From: an uncultured Acidobacteriota bacterium
GTDB taxonomy: Bacteria; Acidobacteriota; Thermoanaerobaculia; UBA5066; Gp7-AA6
Direction of reading: 5' to 3'
Length of the DNA stretch: 64,000 nt
Assembly: GCA_963815655.1 (NCBI GenBank)
Contig: CAWFHK010000001.1
Coordinates: 3,930,664-3,994,663 of the forward strand
Shown: positions 27,981 to 37,225 of the stretch, piece by piece
Position numbering within the stretch: position 1 is the first letter of the stretch
Layout of the letters: each line of letters begins with the position of its first letter
Translations under genes and position numbers: made by a program
Notes under the pieces: generated by a model
Database searches by the model: none
Told to the model about the DNA's origin: nothing
The model's input: only the letters and a program-made list of their open reading frames with translations

Positions 27981-29372
27981 TCATTCGTTCTCGGAACGCC
28001 GGAGAGGCCGGGTTTCCTCCTCGACGTCGGCGCCGTCTTCGTAGTAGTCGAGCCCGGAGTGATCGAGGACCTCTTCGCCCACGAGAATCCGCAGCGTGTT
28101 GGTCAGCTTCAGGTGCTGGATGAAGAGGTCGTGCTCCGGCTTCAGGTCCGGGCGGGACATGGGCGACTTGAAGTAGAAGGAGAGCCACTCCTGGATGCCG
28201 GAGAGCCCGGCGCGCTGCGCGAGATCGAGGAAGAGGATCAGGTCGAGAACGATCGGCGCGGCCAGGATCGAGTCGCGGCAGAGGAAGTCGATCTTGATCT
28301 GCATCGGCTGCCCCAGCCATCCGAAGATGTCGACGTTGTCCCACCCCTCCTTCGCGTCTCCGCGCGGCGGGTAGTACTCGATGCGGATCTTGTGGAAGTA
28401 GTCGCCGTACAGCTCGGCGTACAGGTCCGGCTGCAGGATGGCGTCGAGGACGGCGACCTTGGACAGCTCCTTGGTCCGGAAGGAGCCGGGGTCGTCCAGC
28501 ACCTCGCCGTCGCGGTTGCCGAGAATGTTGGTGGAGAACCACCCCTTCAGGCCCAGCATCCGCGCCTTCAACCCGGGCGCGAGGATCGTCTTCATGAGCG
28601 TCTGTCCGGTCTTGAAGTCCTTGCCCGCCACCGGGAGGCCCATGGCCTTCGAGAGCTCGACGAGTGCGGGGATGTCCACGGTCAGGTTCGGAGCGCCGTT
28701 GGCGAAGGGGACGCCCGCCTTGAGGGCCGCGTAGGCATAGATCATCGACGGGGAGATGTCGGCGGCGTTGCTCCGCAGACCCTTCTCGAACGCGGCGAGG
28801 GTCTCGTGGGTGGCGCTCGCTTCGAAATACGCCTCGGTCGAGCCGCACCAGACCATGACGGCGCGGTCGACGCCGCGCGTCCTGCGGAAGCTCTCGATGT
28901 CCGCGACGAGCGCTTCGGCGAGCTCCATTCTTGTCGCCGCCTGCTTCGACTGCTTCGCCTCGAGGCGCACGACGTACCGCTGGTCGAAGACGCCGGGCCA
29001 TGGAACGAGGCTCTCCAGCTCCTCGCGCACGGGGGCGAGGGTCGCCGGCGGCAGCACGCCGGCCGCGGCGGCCGCCTGCCAGGCGTTGTCGGGGAAGATG
29101 TCCCAGGCGCCGAAGACGAGGTCCTGGAGCCGCGCGAGCGGGACGAGCTCCTGGATCGGCACGAACCTCGGGTGAGTCCGCTTTCCCAGGCGGAGCTTCT
29201 GCATCTGGGTCAGCGAGCCGATGGGGCGGGCGAGCCCCTTGTTGATCAGGTGGACCCCGGCGACGAGCGTCGTCGAGATCGCTCCGAGGCCCGGCAGGAG
29301 GACGCCGAGCTTCCCGCGGGCGGGCGCGATCTCGCGGGCAAGCTCCGGGTAGAACGAGGTGCGGTCGCTCAC
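27981..29372 (-). CDS. myo-inositol-1-phosphate synthase (MIPS)
   Basis: N-terminal Rossmann NAD motif (LGVLLPGLGAISTTLVAGV). Conserved MIPS blocks (...NGAPNL..., ...LCRDSILAAPIVLDLI..., ...SKVAVLD...). GTG start with GGAG 9 nt upstream, overlapping the upstream stop as GTGA. Confidence 0.8.
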   Translation of the reverse strand: MSDRTSFYPELAREIAPARGKLGVLLPGLGAISTTLVAGVHLINKGLARPIGSLTQMQKLRLGKRTHPRFVPIQELVPLARLQDLVFGAWDIFPDNAWQAAAAAGVLPPATLAPVREELESLVPWPGVFDQRYVVRLEAKQSKQAATRMELAEALVADIESFRRTRGVDRAVMVWCGSTEAYFEASATHETLAAFEKGLRSNAADISPSMIYAYAALKAGVPFANGAPNLTVDIPALVELSKAMGLPVAGKDFKTGQTLMKTILAPGLKARMLGLKGWFSTNILGNRDGEVLDDPGSFRTKELSKVAVLDAILQPDLYAELYGDYFHKIRIEYYPPRGDAKEGWDNVDIFGWLGQPMQIKIDFLCRDSILAAPIVLDLILFLDLAQRAGLSGIQEWLSFYFKSPMSRPDLKPEHDLFIQHLKLTNTLRILVGEEVLDHSGLDYYEDGADVEEETRPLRRSENE

Positions 29373-30496
29373 GCGGGACTCCGAAGGACGTTTCCGCGCC
29401 CCGCGCGCGCCAGCGCCAGGAGCGAAAGGAAGAAGAGAGGAGCCCCGACCGCGGCGAGAATCAGGAACCAGCGGACGAGGCCAAGGGCCGCGAGGATGAC
29501 GACGAGGTAGATGAAGTCCCGGCGCGCGAGGGCGTCGGCCACGCGCGAATAGCGCGACGGCACGCGGGCGACCGAGGTGAAGAGCGGGCCTTCCCGTGTC
29601 CTGGCCGGCGCCATCGTCTGAGAATAGACGAATCCGGCCGAAGCCACGGTCCCCAGGATCGCGCCGGCGCCGAGCGCGAGCGGCCACGCGGAGCCCGAGC
29701 CCCGGCTCCATCCGATGGCGATCGCGCCGAACACGGCGGAATGGACGACGTTATCTCCCCAGAAATCGAGCGTGCCGCCCAGGCGCGATTCCTGGAACTT
29801 CAGGCGCGCCAGCTCGCCGTCGCAGCCGTCGACGATCGAATGCGCGAGGAAGAGGAGCGCGCCCGCGACATCGAGCGCCGGACGGGCCGGGAGGAAGAGA
29901 ACAGCTCCCACGAGGCCCAGGCCCACGCTCGCGAGCGTCATCGCGTTGGGAGTGACCCGCGTCGAGGCGAGGCGGCGGGAGATGGCGAGCGAGATCTTCC
30001 GGTCCACGTGGCGCGCCATGAAGCCGTCTTGCTGCTTGACGAGAGTCGCGAGCAGCCACATCTGCGCCTTCGGGAGGTCGGCCGGGCTCGAGACGGCGAA
30101 GCGCGATCCTTCCCCGGGAGGCTCCGGGAAGGGCGCGAAGGGGCGCGAGCGCAGGACCCCGGCGAGATGGTCCGACGGGCCGAGGTCTCCGAGGACGGCG
30201 TCCGGGTCCGCGGTCTCGAGCGCGGCCGCGCACACCCCGTCGGAATAGAGCCGCCCGGGTTCGAGCGGCATCTCTCGAAGCGAGCGCAGCCAGGGCACGG
30301 TCGGGATGACGGACCCCGGGAGCAGGACGACCCGCCCGGGGGAGAGCGAACCGGGCGCCCGCGCCTCGGCCGCGGGAAGAATCCGGCCGAAGCCGGCGCG
30401 CTCGGCGGCCTTCACGATTCTCGTCGTCAACGGCAGGCCCAGGACGATGGTCTCGCGCGGGACCGGCCCGGCCAGGATCACGAGGGTCGCGCTCAC
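29369..30496 (-). CDS. CDP-alcohol phosphatidyltransferase with ~150-aa N-terminal cytoplasmic extension
   Basis: CDP-OH-PT signature D-G-x2-A-R-x8-G-x3-D-x3-D (DGCDGELARLKFQESRLGGTLDFWGDNVVH). 5-6 TM helices. The N-terminal domain has a weak nucleotidyltransferase-like Gly-rich start (LVILAGPVP). Confidence 0.7.
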   Translation of the reverse strand: MSATLVILAGPVPRETIVLGLPLTTRIVKAAERAGFGRILPAAEARAPGSLSPGRVVLLPGSVIPTVPWLRSLREMPLEPGRLYSDGVCAAALETADPDAVLGDLGPSDHLAGVLRSRPFAPFPEPPGEGSRFAVSSPADLPKAQMWLLATLVKQQDGFMARHVDRKISLAISRRLASTRVTPNAMTLASVGLGLVGAVLFLPARPALDVAGALLFLAHSIVDGCDGELARLKFQESRLGGTLDFWGDNVVHSAVFGAIAIGWSRGSGSAWPLALGAGAILGTVASAGFVYSQTMAPARTREGPLFTSVARVPSRYSRVADALARRDFIYLVVILAALGLVRWFLILAAVGAPLFFLSLLALARAGRGNVLRSPA

Positions 30497-30500
30497 ATTG

Positions 30501-31541
30501 TCACCCGGACGTCATCTTAACGGGGGACCTGGCCGGAAGCGGGACGGGCTCGCCGCCGCGCCGGCTCGATTCGTAGGCGGCGGCCACCAGGCCCGCGCAC
30601 AGGCCCGCCACGGCGAGGTTCCCGCCGCGGGACGCGCGGTCGGTAATCGCCTCGGCGAACTCGGCGGCGACCCCGGCGAACCAGTCCGGGTGTTGCGAAC
30701 CGTGCGAAAGCGGCTCGGGGAACCCCCATTGCGCCGTCCCGGGTCCGCCGCCGGATCCGGTCAACTCGAGGAGCCTCCCGTCCAGGGAGAGCGCGCCCCG
30801 GCTCCCTTCGATCCAGGCCCGGTTCGTCCGCTCCGCGCCGGCCCACGTCAGGAAGACCTCCGCTTTCGCGCCGTCGTAGTCGAGGAAGACCCGGGCCGTG
30901 TCTTCGAACCCGCCGCCTCGTCTGTCCTCCAGATGCGCGGCGACATGGCGGGGAGGCTGCGGGAGCCAGTCGGCGAGAACGGAAAGCGCGTGCCAGCCGT
31001 GGTCCACGAGGATCCCTCCGCCCGAGACGGCGGGGTCCACGCGCCAGTTGCTCGCCATGCTTGACGCCGCGGGCTCGCGCCGCACGGTCTCCCAGAGAAA
31101 CCGGCGGACCTCCCCGATGGCTCCCTCCGCGGCGAGCTCGCGGGCCTTCGCGAAGATCGGCGCGTGCCGCCAGTTGAGGACCGTGAAGAGGACCCGGTCG
31201 GCACGCCCGGAGGCCTCGACGAGGGGCGGCAGCTCCTCCGGCCGGATGACGAGCGGCTTCTCGCACAGGACGTGCCGCCCGGAGAGGAGCGCCCGCCTCG
31301 CCAGGTCCGCGTGCGCGGCCGGCGGAGCGCAGATGTCCACGAAGTCGAGCTCCTCGCGAGCGAGCAGCTCTTCCGCGGAAGCGTGCCACCGGATTCCCGC
31401 CGCGCGGGACTCGAGCTCCCGCCGGCCGGTCTCGCTCGGATCGCTGGCGGCGACGAGGGAAACGTCTTCGCGCTCCAGCCACGCCGGCAGGTGGCCGCGC
31501 AGGGCCACGTTGCCGACTCCGATGATCGCCCCTCGAAGCAT
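30501..31541 (-). CDS. Gfo/Idh/MocA-family NAD(P)-dependent oxidoreductase (inositol/sugar dehydrogenase-like)
   Basis: N-terminal Rossmann motif IIGVGNVA...H and the EKP catalytic motif (VLCEKPL). Confidence 0.8.
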   Translation of the reverse strand: MLRGAIIGVGNVALRGHLPAWLEREDVSLVAASDPSETGRRELESRAAGIRWHASAEELLAREELDFVDICAPPAAHADLARRALLSGRHVLCEKPLVIRPEELPPLVEASGRADRVLFTVLNWRHAPIFAKARELAAEGAIGEVRRFLWETVRREPAASSMASNWRVDPAVSGGGILVDHGWHALSVLADWLPQPPRHVAAHLEDRRGGGFEDTARVFLDYDGAKAEVFLTWAGAERTNRAWIEGSRGALSLDGRLLELTGSGGGPGTAQWGFPEPLSHGSQHPDWFAGVAAEFAEAITDRASRGGNLAVAGLCAGLVAAAYESSRRGGEPVPLPARSPVKMTSG

Positions 31542-31555
31542 CGTCCTCCGGGCGG

Positions 31556-32821
31556 CTAGCCGGGTCTCTGTTCACGGAAGACGACACCCATGGCTTCGTC
31601 AAGGATGCCGAGGCCTTCGAGCGCCGTGTCCTCGTCGATCGTCAGCGGGGGGTTGATCCGGATGTTGTGCGAATAGCACATGGAGAGGAGTCCCCGGCGG
31701 ACGCATTCCTGAAACAAGGCCCGCGTCGTCTCCTTCTCGAGCGGCTCCTTCGTCGCGCGGTCCCTGACCAGCTCGACGCCGAGGAGCAGGCCCTTGCCCC
31801 GGACATCCCCGATGAAGGGGTGCTTCTCCTTCATCGCGAGGAGCCGGGCGAGCATCGCGCCCCCGACCCGCTCGGAATTCTCGACGAGGTTCTCGCGCGT
31901 GATGATCTCCAGCGCGGCGAGCCCGGCGGCCGCGGCGAGCGGGTTGCCGCCGTACGAGGAGGAGCTGCCGCTCGGTTTCGAGAACGGGGGGTGCGCGGTG
32001 AGCGCTTCGGTCGAGACGACGCCGGAGAGCGGGAACCCGCCGCCGACGCCCTTGCCGACCGTCATGACGTCGGGCACCACGCCGTCGTGGTCCACGCCCC
32101 ACATCTTTCCCGTCCGCCCGAAGCCCGTGATCATCTCGTCGGCGATGAAGAGGGCGCCGTGCTCGCGGGCGATGGACTGGATGGCGGGGAGAAAGCCCGG
32201 AGGCGGAATGACGTTGCCGGCGGTGCCCTGCATCGGCTCGACGATCACAGCCGCGACCGCGCCTCCCGTCTGGTTTCGGATCACCTCGCGCGTCTTCTCG
32301 GCGCAGGCGATGCCGCAGGCGGGATAGGTCAGGGAGAGCGGGCAGCGATAGCAGTAGGCGTAGGGCGCCGAGTAGCAGCCCGGGGCGAAGGGCCCGAGGC
32401 CTTCCTTGAAGCCGCCCCAGAGGAGCGGCAGAACGCCCCCCGTCTTGCCGTGGAAGGCGCCCGTGTAGCCGACGAACTCGTGTTTCTTCGTCGCGGACTT
32501 GGCCAGCCGGAACGCCGCCTCGACCGCCTCGGCGCCGCCGGAGAAGAGCTGGATGCGCGTCAGGCCCGGCGGCGCCACGCTCGCGAGGAGCTCCAGGAAC
32601 TTCGCCCGGACCTCCGTCGTGAAGCTTCCGAAGGTCACGCGTTCGAGCTGCTCCTTCAGGCGGGCGACGTAGTGCGGGTGGCAGTGCCCCACGCTCCCCA
32701 CCGCGACGCCGGCGATGAAGTCGATGTAGGCCCTGCCGTCTTCGTCGTAGAGACGGCTGCCGCTTCCGCGGGCGATGGCGAGTCCCGAAGAGAGCGCGAA
32801 GGATTGGAGTCCCGGCGCCAT
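31556..32821 (-). CDS. class-III (AT-III) PLP aminotransferase, HpnO/ornithine-GABA aminotransferase-like
   Basis: Class III aminotransferase blocks (DGRAYIDFIAG..., ...LFIADEMITGFGRTGKMWG..., ...TVGKGVGGGFP...). ATG at 32821. Confidence 0.8.
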   Translation of the reverse strand: MAPGLQSFALSSGLAIARGSGSRLYDEDGRAYIDFIAGVAVGSVGHCHPHYVARLKEQLERVTFGSFTTEVRAKFLELLASVAPPGLTRIQLFSGGAEAVEAAFRLAKSATKKHEFVGYTGAFHGKTGGVLPLLWGGFKEGLGPFAPGCYSAPYAYCYRCPLSLTYPACGIACAEKTREVIRNQTGGAVAAVIVEPMQGTAGNVIPPPGFLPAIQSIAREHGALFIADEMITGFGRTGKMWGVDHDGVVPDVMTVGKGVGGGFPLSGVVSTEALTAHPPFSKPSGSSSSYGGNPLAAAAGLAALEIITRENLVENSERVGGAMLARLLAMKEKHPFIGDVRGKGLLLGVELVRDRATKEPLEKETTRALFQECVRRGLLSMCYSHNIRINPPLTIDEDTALEGLGILDEAMGVVFREQRPG

Positions 32822-32886
32822 GTGACGCTGCTCGTCGGCGAAGACTCTCCGGGAGCGCGGGCCGGGGCCTCCCTCCCGATGTTTGC

Positions 32887-33759
32887 TCAGGGTCGGGCCT
32901 CGACCGGACCGGCCTCCCTCTGCAGGCAGGCCGCGAGGCGCACGGCGATGCGCTCGGACGCGATCCGGCGGTAGAGGGCGAAGCTCGGCCAGGCGTTGAT
33001 GTCGATGACCACGAGGCGGCCGTCGGCGGCCGCGATGGCGTCTCCGCCGTAGACCTCGAGGCCGAGCGAGCCGGCGGCGCGGGCGGCGGTCGCCGCGAGA
33101 GCGTCCGTGTCGAAGGGATGCCGCGACAGTTCCTGGTCCCGATGGTAGAACCACTGGAACCAGGCCTCGCCCTCCGGCTCCGGGGGCGCGACGCCGTAGA
33201 ACTTGATCAGGTCTCCGGGCACGTGCTCCTGGATGACCGCCGTCTCGATGCCGCGCTCCGCCATTCGCGCGAGCACGGCGGCCGCCGGCTCCGAGCCCGC
33301 GGCGAACGACACGTCGTCCTCCCGCGTCCTGTGATGGTCGCCGCGCTTGACCCAGACCGGCGCCGCGCGCGAAGGGAGCGCGTCCGCCGGCAGGGGCTCG
33401 CCCGTCGCCACGAGGACGCTGCGGGGGAACGGGATTCCGTCTCTCGCGAGGAGCGCGATCATCCGGTGGCGGCGGGTGTTGAGGATCGCCGACACGCGGT
33501 TGACGATGCGCGCGCCGTTCTGCTCCCACCGCCCGAGCAACTCGAGGATCGGGGGAAGCTCGCACATGACGAAGGCCAGGGAAGGCGCCTGCGCCGACGC
33601 GGCCGCCTCGTCCGGCGTCAGGAGGGTCACGGGCTGTCCCAGCGATTCCAGGCGCCGGGCCGTCGCGCGGAGGATCTCGGCGTCGTCCACCTCCCGGCCG
33701 GGGGAATGCATGAGCTCGCGGTAGATCCCCCAGCAGGACCGCCCCGCCGGCGCGTTCAT
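32887..33759 (-). CDS. ATP-grasp family ligase
   Basis: ATP-grasp C-terminal motifs (...VIQEHVPGDLIKFYGV..., ...VVIDINAWPSF...). The ATG overlaps the upstream stop (ATGA). Confidence 0.6.
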   Translation of the reverse strand: MNAPAGRSCWGIYRELMHSPGREVDDAEILRATARRLESLGQPVTLLTPDEAAASAQAPSLAFVMCELPPILELLGRWEQNGARIVNRVSAILNTRRHRMIALLARDGIPFPRSVLVATGEPLPADALPSRAAPVWVKRGDHHRTREDDVSFAAGSEPAAAVLARMAERGIETAVIQEHVPGDLIKFYGVAPPEPEGEAWFQWFYHRDQELSRHPFDTDALAATAARAAGSLGLEVYGGDAIAAADGRLVVIDINAWPSFALYRRIASERIAVRLAACLQREAGPVEARP

Positions 33760-34484
33760 GGTTTCCCTGCCGTCACGGGCGCGCCGGGCTCGCGGGCCGC
33801 GAGCTCCTCGGCGAGGGCCAGGTCCTCGGGGCGGTCCACGTCCACGACGGCGGGGATGGAGAAGGCGAGGAGGGTCTCTCCGCTCCGCGCGAGCCAGGAG
33901 AGGAACTCCCGCAGCCGTCCGATGTTCTCGGGAGGGCGGAGCTTCCGGACCCGCTCGGGGAAGGCGTACATTCCTGCCGTCACGACGTCTCCTTTCTCTC
34001 CTCCAAGAGCCGTGATCCGCCCCGCCGGGTCGACGGACGCGCGCAGCGGCTTTTCGTCCGCGACGAACGGAGTCACCGCGAGCATCGCCGCCTCCGGCGC
34101 CTCCGCGGCCGCTCGCGCGAAGCGCAGGAAGTCTTCCCGCGGGCACCAGGCGTCCACCGTCGAGAAGAGCGCCGGACCCGGCGGCAGGCGCGCCGCGACC
34201 CGCCGGAAGCTCTCGTAGGAGGAGGCCGTCGTCTTCAGGATGACCTCCGTCTCGAGGGAAGGGAACCGGCCGCGGATCCAGTCGGCGCAGTCCTGCTCGC
34301 TCTCGTTGAAGATGACCGTGACGCGGTCGACGCCGGCCGCCGCGAAGTTGGCGAGGACGTGCGCGACGAGCGGGACGCCGGCGACCCGCACGAGGGGCTT
34401 GGCGGCCCCCCCTCCTCCCGCGCGCAGCCGGCTGCCCTCGCCGGCCGCGAGGAGGCCGCCGACGCGGATCGGCCCGGGCGTCAC
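33756..34484 (-). CDS. nucleotidyltransferase (NTP_transferase fold; sugar/alcohol-phosphate cytidylyl- or guanylyl-transferase-like)
   Basis: N-terminal GGLLAAGEGSRL...KPL signature. GTG start overlapping the upstream stop (GTGA). Confidence 0.65.
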   Translation of the reverse strand: MTPGPIRVGGLLAAGEGSRLRAGGGGAAKPLVRVAGVPLVAHVLANFAAAGVDRVTVIFNESEQDCADWIRGRFPSLETEVILKTTASSYESFRRVAARLPPGPALFSTVDAWCPREDFLRFARAAAEAPEAAMLAVTPFVADEKPLRASVDPAGRITALGGEKGDVVTAGMYAFPERVRKLRPPENIGRLREFLSWLARSGETLLAFSIPAVVDVDRPEDLALAEELAAREPGAPVTAGKP

Positions 34485-35218
34485 GGCAGGATCTCCTCGA
34501 TCTCCGCGAGCCGCCGGATCATCGGATCGCCCGGACAGCACGGCCGGGCGCCTCCGTCGGCCTCGCGGGCGGCGAGCCAGACATGCCGCATGCCGGCCTC
34601 GCGGGCGCCCGCCATATCGCGCGGGGCGGAGTCGCCCACGAAGACCGTCTCGCCGGCATGCGCTCGAAGCGGCGTCAGGGCGGCCTCGAAGATGCGGCGG
34701 TCGGGCTTCGTGTATCCGACCACGGCCGAATCGACGGCGACGGAGAGCGACGGCGCGAGACCGGTCTCGGCGCAGACCGCGGCGAGATTTCCGTAGAAGT
34801 TGGAGACGATCCCGATGCGGTACCGGCGGGCGAGCCGCTCGAGCAGCCGCGCGCTTTCGGCGAGCCGCTCGCTCGCCTGCGCGTGGAACCGCGCCGCCAG
34901 CCTCGCTGCGACGGATTCGTCCGCGAGGCCGAGCGTTCCGGCGAGCCCGGCGGCCAGCCTCTCGACGGTCTCGCGCAGCCCGAGCGTCGCGGGAAGCCTC
35001 CCGACGAGCGCGTCGTTGGCGGTGTAGAAGGCCGGGTCGAATCTCTCCCGCGGGACCTCGATCCCTTCCTCCCGGCAGTGGCGGAAGAAACGCTCCTTCC
35101 AGGGGATGCCCTCGGCGTCGAGCGTGCCCCCGAAGTCGAAGAGGAGGAAGAGGACCGGATCGTTGCGGACCGGGTCCGGCGCCGAGTGCCGGGGGCCGGG
35201 AGGCGCAAGCGGATTCAT
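34481..35218 (-). CDS. HAD-superfamily hydrolase (phosphatase)
   Basis: Motif I DFGGTLD (DxD), motif II SN, and the motif III/IV K...GD (TVFVGDSAPRD). Confidence 0.7.
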   Translation of the reverse strand: MNPLAPPGPRHSAPDPVRNDPVLFLLFDFGGTLDAEGIPWKERFFRHCREEGIEVPRERFDPAFYTANDALVGRLPATLGLRETVERLAAGLAGTLGLADESVAARLAARFHAQASERLAESARLLERLARRYRIGIVSNFYGNLAAVCAETGLAPSLSVAVDSAVVGYTKPDRRIFEAALTPLRAHAGETVFVGDSAPRDMAGAREAGMRHVWLAAREADGGARPCCPGDPMIRRLAEIEEILP

Positions 35219-36228
35219 CGCAGCTCCTCGGCCCCGGTCGGCAGCTCGACGGCCGACGCCCGCTTCCCGCGGGCCGGGCGCGCGATCAGGTAGAGAGCCC
35301 CGGGCACGAGCCAGACGAACTCCCGGGCGCGCCGCGCGAGCGCGTACGCCGCGCCCTGCGCCGCCGCGAGCCCGAGCAGGACGAAGATCCCGACCCGGAC
35401 CCCTTCGGCGCTGCCGGCCCTCGCCGGGACCCAGAGGAACATGTTGTTGAGCGCCATGGCCATCGCTTCGACGGCGAACGCGGTCGGCCACCCGGCGCCG
35501 GGCGCCACGAGGCGCAGGATGAGATACGTCTCGACCAGTCCCCCGCACCAGCCGAGAAAGCTCAGGCCGACGGCCGCCCCGAACCGTCCGCGCCGCCTCG
35601 CGTAGAAGCCGCGGATGTCGGCATCCACGCGCTGAGCGGCTTCCTGGTACCGGCCGACCCGCGCGGCGAGGAACCTCCAGCGCGCGAGCCACCGCAGGAT
35701 CGGGGCGTAGGTCCCCCGGAAGAGCGACCACGTCAGCAGGACAAAGAGCGCGCCCAGCACGGCGACCCCGCCGAGGGCCCCCCAGCGCGCCCCCGCGGGC
35801 AGAGGAAAGCGGACCAGGCAGACCGTCACTCCGCCGACGATGAAGACCCACTGGGCCAGCATGTCGGCGTGCTTGTGGATCGTGAGCGAGGCGAGCGCGC
35901 GGCCCGGCGGCAGCGTCCCGGTGAGCAGCCGGGCCTTGAGCGGCTCGCCCGCGACGCCTCCGGGCGCGACGTAGTTGACCGTGTACCCCGCGAGGTAGAC
36001 GCCCATCAGGCGCGGCAGCGCGGAGAGAGGCAGGAGCGGATCGATCACGAGCCACCAGCCGAGCAGGAACGCGGCCTCCGCGAAGAAGTAGATCGCGACG
36101 AGCAGGACGAACCAGGCGCCGATCGCCTCCAGGTTCGAGGCGATCGCGGGCCAGCCGACCCGCCAGAAGAGCCAGGCGACGAGCGCCAGGCCCGCCAGCA
36201 GGAGCGCGCCCCGCGTGCTCCGGTTCAT
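35215..36228 (-). CDS. UPF0104 / lysyl-phosphatidylglycerol-synthase-TM-like 'flippase-like' membrane protein (HpnL-like)
   Basis: About 8 TM helices, all hydrophobic, and an Arg/Lys-rich N-terminus. This family is known as a hopanoid-cluster-associated membrane protein. Overlaps the HAD gene (ATGA). Confidence 0.6.
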   Translation of the reverse strand: MNRSTRGALLLAGLALVAWLFWRVGWPAIASNLEAIGAWFVLLVAIYFFAEAAFLLGWWLVIDPLLPLSALPRLMGVYLAGYTVNYVAPGGVAGEPLKARLLTGTLPPGRALASLTIHKHADMLAQWVFIVGGVTVCLVRFPLPAGARWGALGGVAVLGALFVLLTWSLFRGTYAPILRWLARWRFLAARVGRYQEAAQRVDADIRGFYARRRGRFGAAVGLSFLGWCGGLVETYLILRLVAPGAGWPTAFAVEAMAMALNNMFLWVPARAGSAEGVRVGIFVLLGLAAAQGAAYALARRAREFVWLVPGALYLIARPARGKRASAVELPTGAEELR

Positions 36229-36247
36229 GGAAGGGGCTCCGCGCGCC

Positions 36248-37225
36248 TCACGCCGTCGGGAGAAGCGCCTTCAGTTCGACCGGGAGGGGAAAGTTCACGT
36301 CCTCCTGCACCGTTTCGAACTCCTCGACGGACTCGACGCCCAGACTTTCGCGCGCGTAGTCCACGACTTCGCGCACGAGGATCTCCGGCGCGGACGCGCT
36401 CGCGGTCAGGCCGAGGACCCGGACGCCCGAGAGCCATTCCGGCCGGATGTCCATCGCCCGCTCGATCAGGTACGACGGGACGTTGTGCGCGCGGCCGACC
36501 TCGCAGAGGCGAAGGGAGTTGGAGCTGTTGGGCGCGCCGAGCACCAGGAGGGCGTCCACGTGCGGCGCCATCGCGCGCACCGCGTCCTGCCGGTTCTGGG
36601 TGGCGTAGCAGATGTCCCCCTTGGGCGGGCTGACCATGTCGGGGAAGCGGCGCTTCAGGACCTCGACGATCTCGCGCGTGTCGTCGAGCGAGAGTGTCGT
36701 CTGGGTCAGGTACGCCACCCTGCCGGGATCGGGGACCTCCACCGTCTCGGCCTCTTCCCGGTTCCCGACCAGGCGGATCGCCCCGGGCGCCTCTCCGAGC
36801 GTGCCGATCGTCTCGTCGTGGTCGTGATGCCCGATCAGGAGAATCGTGTAGTTCTTCTTCGCGTAGTGGATCGCCTCGAGGTGGACCTTCGTGACGAGCG
36901 GGCAGGTCGCGTCAATTGTCTTCAGCTGCTTGCGGCGGGCGTCGGCCCGCACCGTCGGCGAGATGCCGTGGGCCGAATAGATGAGCCACGACCCGTCGGG
37001 GACCTCGTTGACCTCCTCGACGAAGACAGCCCCCTTCTCCCGCAGCTCGTCCACGACGTAGCGGTTGTGGATGATCTCCTTTCGCACGTAGACCGGGCCG
37101 TCGCAGACCTGCAGCGCCCGGTCCACGACGTCGATCGCGCGCACGACGCCGGCGCAGAAGCCGCGCAGCCCCGCCACGAGGAGCTTCTCGACGCGCGCCG
37201 CGCCGGGATCCGTCGCTACGACCAT
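36248..37225 (-). CDS. ispH: 4-hydroxy-3-methylbut-2-enyl diphosphate reductase
   Basis: Conserved IspH/LytB blocks (GFCAGV, ...ATCPLVTKVH..., ...HNVPSYLIE...). Confidence 0.9.
   Translation of the reverse strand: MVVATDPGAARVEKLLVAGLRGFCAGVVRAIDVVDRALQVCDGPVYVRKEIIHNRYVVDELREKGAVFVEEVNEVPDGSWLIYSAHGISPTVRADARRKQLKTIDATCPLVTKVHLEAIHYAKKNYTILLIGHHDHDETIGTLGEAPGAIRLVGNREEAETVEVPDPGRVAYLTQTTLSLDDTREIVEVLKRRFPDMVSPPKGDICYATQNRQDAVRAMAPHVDALLVLGAPNSSNSLRLCEVGRAHNVPSYLIERAMDIRPEWLSGVRVLGLTASASAPEILVREVVDYARESLGVESVEEFETVQEDVNFPLPVELKALLPTA

Noticed and set aside
32887-34146. Upstream 130 codons of the ATP-grasp ORF and the 5' extensions of many other ORFs, for example 27981-29711, 31556-33565 and 34481-36055.
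   Set aside because: The extensions are Arg/Gly-rich and overlap upstream genes. Internal starts that coincide with 4-bp stop overlaps and RBS-like motifs give normal-length proteins.
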